Origin: the human T2T-CHM13v2.0 reference genome, Homo sapiens
Direction: 5' to 3' (one strand)
Assembly: GCF_009914755.1 (NCBI RefSeq)
Contig: NC_060928.1
Length of the DNA: 64,000 nucleotides
Under the pieces are notes generated by a model. It worked only from the letters and a program-made list of their open reading frames with translations, did no database searches and was not told the origin of the DNA. A program made the position numbers and the translations under genes. Shown one piece after another: positions 60,283-64,000 of this stretch (its first letter is position 1; every line of letters starts with the position of its first letter).

Positions 60283-60603
60283 GGCCACGCATGGTGACTC
60301 ACACCTGCAATCCCAGCACTTCAACAGGTGAAGGCAGGAGAAGGAGAAGTGACTAGCCCTGGCATCACTTGAGCTCAGGAGTTCGAGACTAGTCCTGGCA
60401 ACATGGTCAGACCGTCTTTACCACTGACCCCGCCCCCCCAAAAAAAAAATTAGCCAGGCATGGTGGTGCACACCTGTAGTCTCAAGCTTAAGTGGGAGGA
60501 TCACTTGAGCTCGGGAGGTCAAGGCTGCAATGAGCGGTGATCGTACCACTGGACTTTAGCCTGGGCAACAGAATGAGATCCTATCTCAACAACCACAGAA
60601 AAG
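60283..60603 (+). mobile_element. Alu (AluJ-type), rearranged
   Basis: Alu body with extra sequence at about 60341-60363 and a C-run before the linker. Confidence 0.88.
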
Positions 60604-61459
60604 GAGATCTTGAAATTGTAAAAACTACTTTTGTTAGTAAAATGAAAACAAAAGTCCTCTATAGTGCCACCACCCTCCCAATTTTCCCTCTCCTTTTCTC
60701 AAACAATATAATTTACTTATATTCAAGATGAAGGGGATTTATGAGTAAGTTTGATTCAAGGTCAGACTGAAGAGGTTGGGTGAGTAGAAGAACATTTAGT
60801 ATTAATGTTCCTAAACATGCCTCCTATTTATCTTTTTGGTGCAATATTCCACTGGCTTATATTTTCTGGGGTCATTTCAGCAGAGGCTGGTTTGATCTAC
60901 AGTTTTCTAAGCCAGTGATTCATTTCTTTGTTACTGTTTTTTTTTTTTACCCTCTGTCATGATTGTACAAGGTGATTTTATTTCCCATGTCAATGCAATA
61001 AGCTAGAAGACATGAAGTATAGTAATAGTAATCTGTAAAGCTTTGCAGCTGAGACAAATTATAATAAAAAGGGTAACGTTAGGGAATGAAGGGCATGAAA
61101 AACAGAGCAGGAGACAGAAGCAAGCAAAAAATCTGAATCAGCATTTATTCATTTTTTTTCTCTTCTCATTCATTTCCTCTGTTCCAAGGATGATGTTCAT
61201 TTGCTTTGGTGTTAAATGCTTGTACTGCAGAAGCACAACTTAGGAGGATGATTCTGATCACCAATAGTTTATAATACAAACCACTTAGAAGACAGACCCA
61301 AATTTAAAACAATGTTTTCATTTACAGTTGTTTGTAAAGTACCAGTAGCCTGCCTTGCTTGAAAGTCATTAATTGAGGTTTTTACACTCAAAACTGTATG
61401 GCTTTATATAAAAATGTTGCAATGAAAAATTAACTTATTAGAAAAAGTTGCAGTACCAT

Positions 61460-62840
61460 TATTAAGACGCTGATACATAAATCTTTCCAGGGGTTTCATG
61501 ACAGGAATTCTGACATGCAAAGTCGAGTGCCTCTCGTCATTGAGTTTACATTTTGATAGAGTGATAAGCCAAATACCCATGTAAAGGATTTATGTAGTGA
61601 TGAAAAAACAAAACAAGATAATAAAGGGATAGAGAATTGGAGGAGCGCTTAGAGAGGTCAGGGAAGTCTTTTTGAAGTCGCAGTATTTGAAGAGAGCCCA
61701 GAATGAAGTCAAAGAACCGGTAATTGAGTGAGGAGCATTTCAGGCAAACAGAACAAGTACAGAACTGAAGGCAGGGGATGTATGATGACTAGTAAAGAAA
61801 CCAGTGGAGCTGGAGCGGAGGGAGGAGAGGTCAAGTGGCAGGAACTGAATCTGTAAGGTTAGCACTAAGCAAGACCTTGTAGGATCCCTCTCTGTATCTA
61901 GGGTAAGGACTTCATATTATCTCTGCATGTTAGAAGGCCACTGGAGGATTTTAAACGGGGCACGATGGCCTATTTTTGTTTAGAAGTATATGTGTGGCTG
62001 CTGTGTGGAGAAGAGAGCATAGCAATGCGGCCGTGGAAGCAGAGAGACAGGTGCTTGGATTGTTGTCATAATTGAGGCAAGAGTTGATGCTATCTTAGAC
62101 CCAGGATCATAGTATTAAGGTGGTGAGGGGTGACTGATTTGTTGGAAAGTGGACCTGACAGAATTTGCTGGCAGATTGGATGGTTGGGTGTGAGAGAAAG
62201 CAAGGCATCAAGGGTGACTCTTAAGGTTTTTGGATTGAGTGAATGCTAGTGCCATTTATTGACCTAGATGAGTTGGGGAAGGATCAAGTTTAGGAGGAAA
62301 TCCAAAAATCTGTTTTCGATATGCTAAGCTTGAGGTGCCTGTTAGACATCGTAAGTGGAAATGTTGAATAGGTAGTTAAGTGTACATACAAGTTGAATGC
62401 AGGAGAGAAGTCTGGAGATAATAAATTTGGGAGTTGTCAACCTTTAAATTTTTAAACAGTATAGATTATAAAGAGAGGAAAAGAGGGCTGAGAACTCAGC
62501 TCTGGGCATTTTAAAGGTCAGTTGGAGCAGTTGTGGTCCTGAAAGCAAAATGTGTTGAGAGCTTCTGAGAAAATGAAGTAAAATGAGGACAGAAAAGTGC
62601 CGTGAGATGCATCTGTCTGGAAATCCTTGGTGGCTTTGAAAAGCAGTTGTAGTGGCGTCTTTGAGATAAAAGGTTGGAGAGATTGCAGGAGATTGGACAG
62701 TGAGGAAGAGGCGTTTGCAGAAAAACAGGTAGTGAGAGGGAGGGACAGGAGCATGTAGTCAGTGTTTTCTTTACTTTTGATTTTGAGATGAGAGATAGTT
62801 ATGTTTGTATGTTGTTGGAAGTGATCAATAGAAAAGGAAA
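61460..62840 (-). mobile_element. L2 element (long fragment)
   Basis: ggtcagggaag...tttgaagagagcccagaatga; gaggtgcctgttagacatc...aagtgga; typical antisense L2. Confidence 0.85.
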
Positions 62841-63259
62841 CAGAGTAAAAGTTCTGTGTCAAATTTTGCTCTTCATCATGATCATCTACTTAGCCATTAC
62901 CTTCTAGGTGTCAAGTGTCATATAGGGTTTGATAGTATTATCTTTCAGATATTCATGTGTTTTGTAGACTAGTTGCGTTATAAGCTTTAGAGATCAGTTG
63001 GACAGGCAGCCAGCCCTGGGATCAGGACATATTCTGGTCCTTCAGCTACTAAACTGGTAATTTTGAGCAATTTGTCTGACCTTTCTAAGCCCATTTTGTA
63101 ATCTGTAAAATGAGTTTGATTTTGTTATGTTTTTAAATACGTAAGTTTTGGATAATAGATATAAGACGTTTGCACTGACAGTAGCCTTCTAGAGATTTTT
63201 CCCTTTGATGTTGGAGTATTTGTCATTTTATGCATATTATTGGAAAATATCATTAGAAC

Positions 63260-63425
63260 TTGCTGTTCAAAATATGGTCTGTAGGCCAGCAGCATTAACA
63301 TCAACTGGGATTTTGTTAGAAATGCAGAATATCAGGCCCCACAAGAGTCCTGCTAGATCAGAACCTGTGTTTTTCACAAGAACCCCAGCTCATTTATGTG
63401 CACATTAATGTTTGAAAAACACTGA
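63260..63425. mobile_element. MER5A-like DNA transposon
   Basis: ccagcagcattaacatcaactggg...ttgttagaaatgcaga...tttgaaaaacactg. Confidence 0.82.
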
Positions 63426-63698
63426 TCTAGAAAACAAGTGCCTGCCTGCCTGATTTTTTTTTTTTAGATGTTCAGGGAAGAGGGTAACAGTTTCTACATT
63501 CTGACATGCTTGCAATCTAAAAGTGTTTTTTATTCCTAGTCTTTTTGTTTGTGAATGTTTTTATATATGTAGGCATAGGACAAATAACTGTGATGTATTA
63601 TTATGCAGTATATAGCTTCTATGTACTTTTGATGTTTTACACAAGGAAAATCCTTTCCATGTGTGGATGACCTTTTATTTCTTAATTGTTAAATATAG

Positions 63699-63848
<150 letters not shown>

Positions 63849-64000
63849 TAAATTACTGGTGAAATCTAAAATGTACAAACTGTGAGGTTAGCAGCTTGCA
63901 AAAATATGAAATTTTCATTTGCTGTTAATTATATACAAATACATGAAGCTATACACAGATATTTATCTCAGGTATGAGCATCCTTAACACACAATCCTCA

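Overview
Alu-rich, human-like primate genomic DNA lying entirely inside the + strand RBPJ gene (CSL/CBF1/Su(H)/LAG-1, the Notch pathway transcription factor). Seven consecutive internal coding exons (39, 96, 166, 175, 138, 113 and 141 nt; 868 nt in total) have canonical AG/GT boundaries. They splice with consistent phases into one open frame, [20 protein letters not shown]...[10 protein letters not shown], covering the N-terminal Rel-like domain and most of the beta-trefoil domain. The first exon(s) and the 3' exons lie outside the window. The rest is intron, holding about 35 Alus, old L1/L2/MIR fragments, MaLR and ERV1 solo LTRs and DNA-transposon fossils. Nearly all ORFs in the supplied track are Alu, L1 or low-complexity artefacts. 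I see no evidence of a new gene or a new biological system. The best leads are regulatory: (1) an antisense LTR10-like solo LTR with a triple p53 half-site array 174 nt after a coding exon; (2) an Alu whose target-site duplication copied a 5' splice site (candidate poison exon); (3) a 276-nt polypyrimidine tract replacing an Alu tail; (4) a perfect 40-bp tandem duplication; (5) two CTCF-like motifs. Repeat boundaries and subfamily names were read by eye and are approximate.
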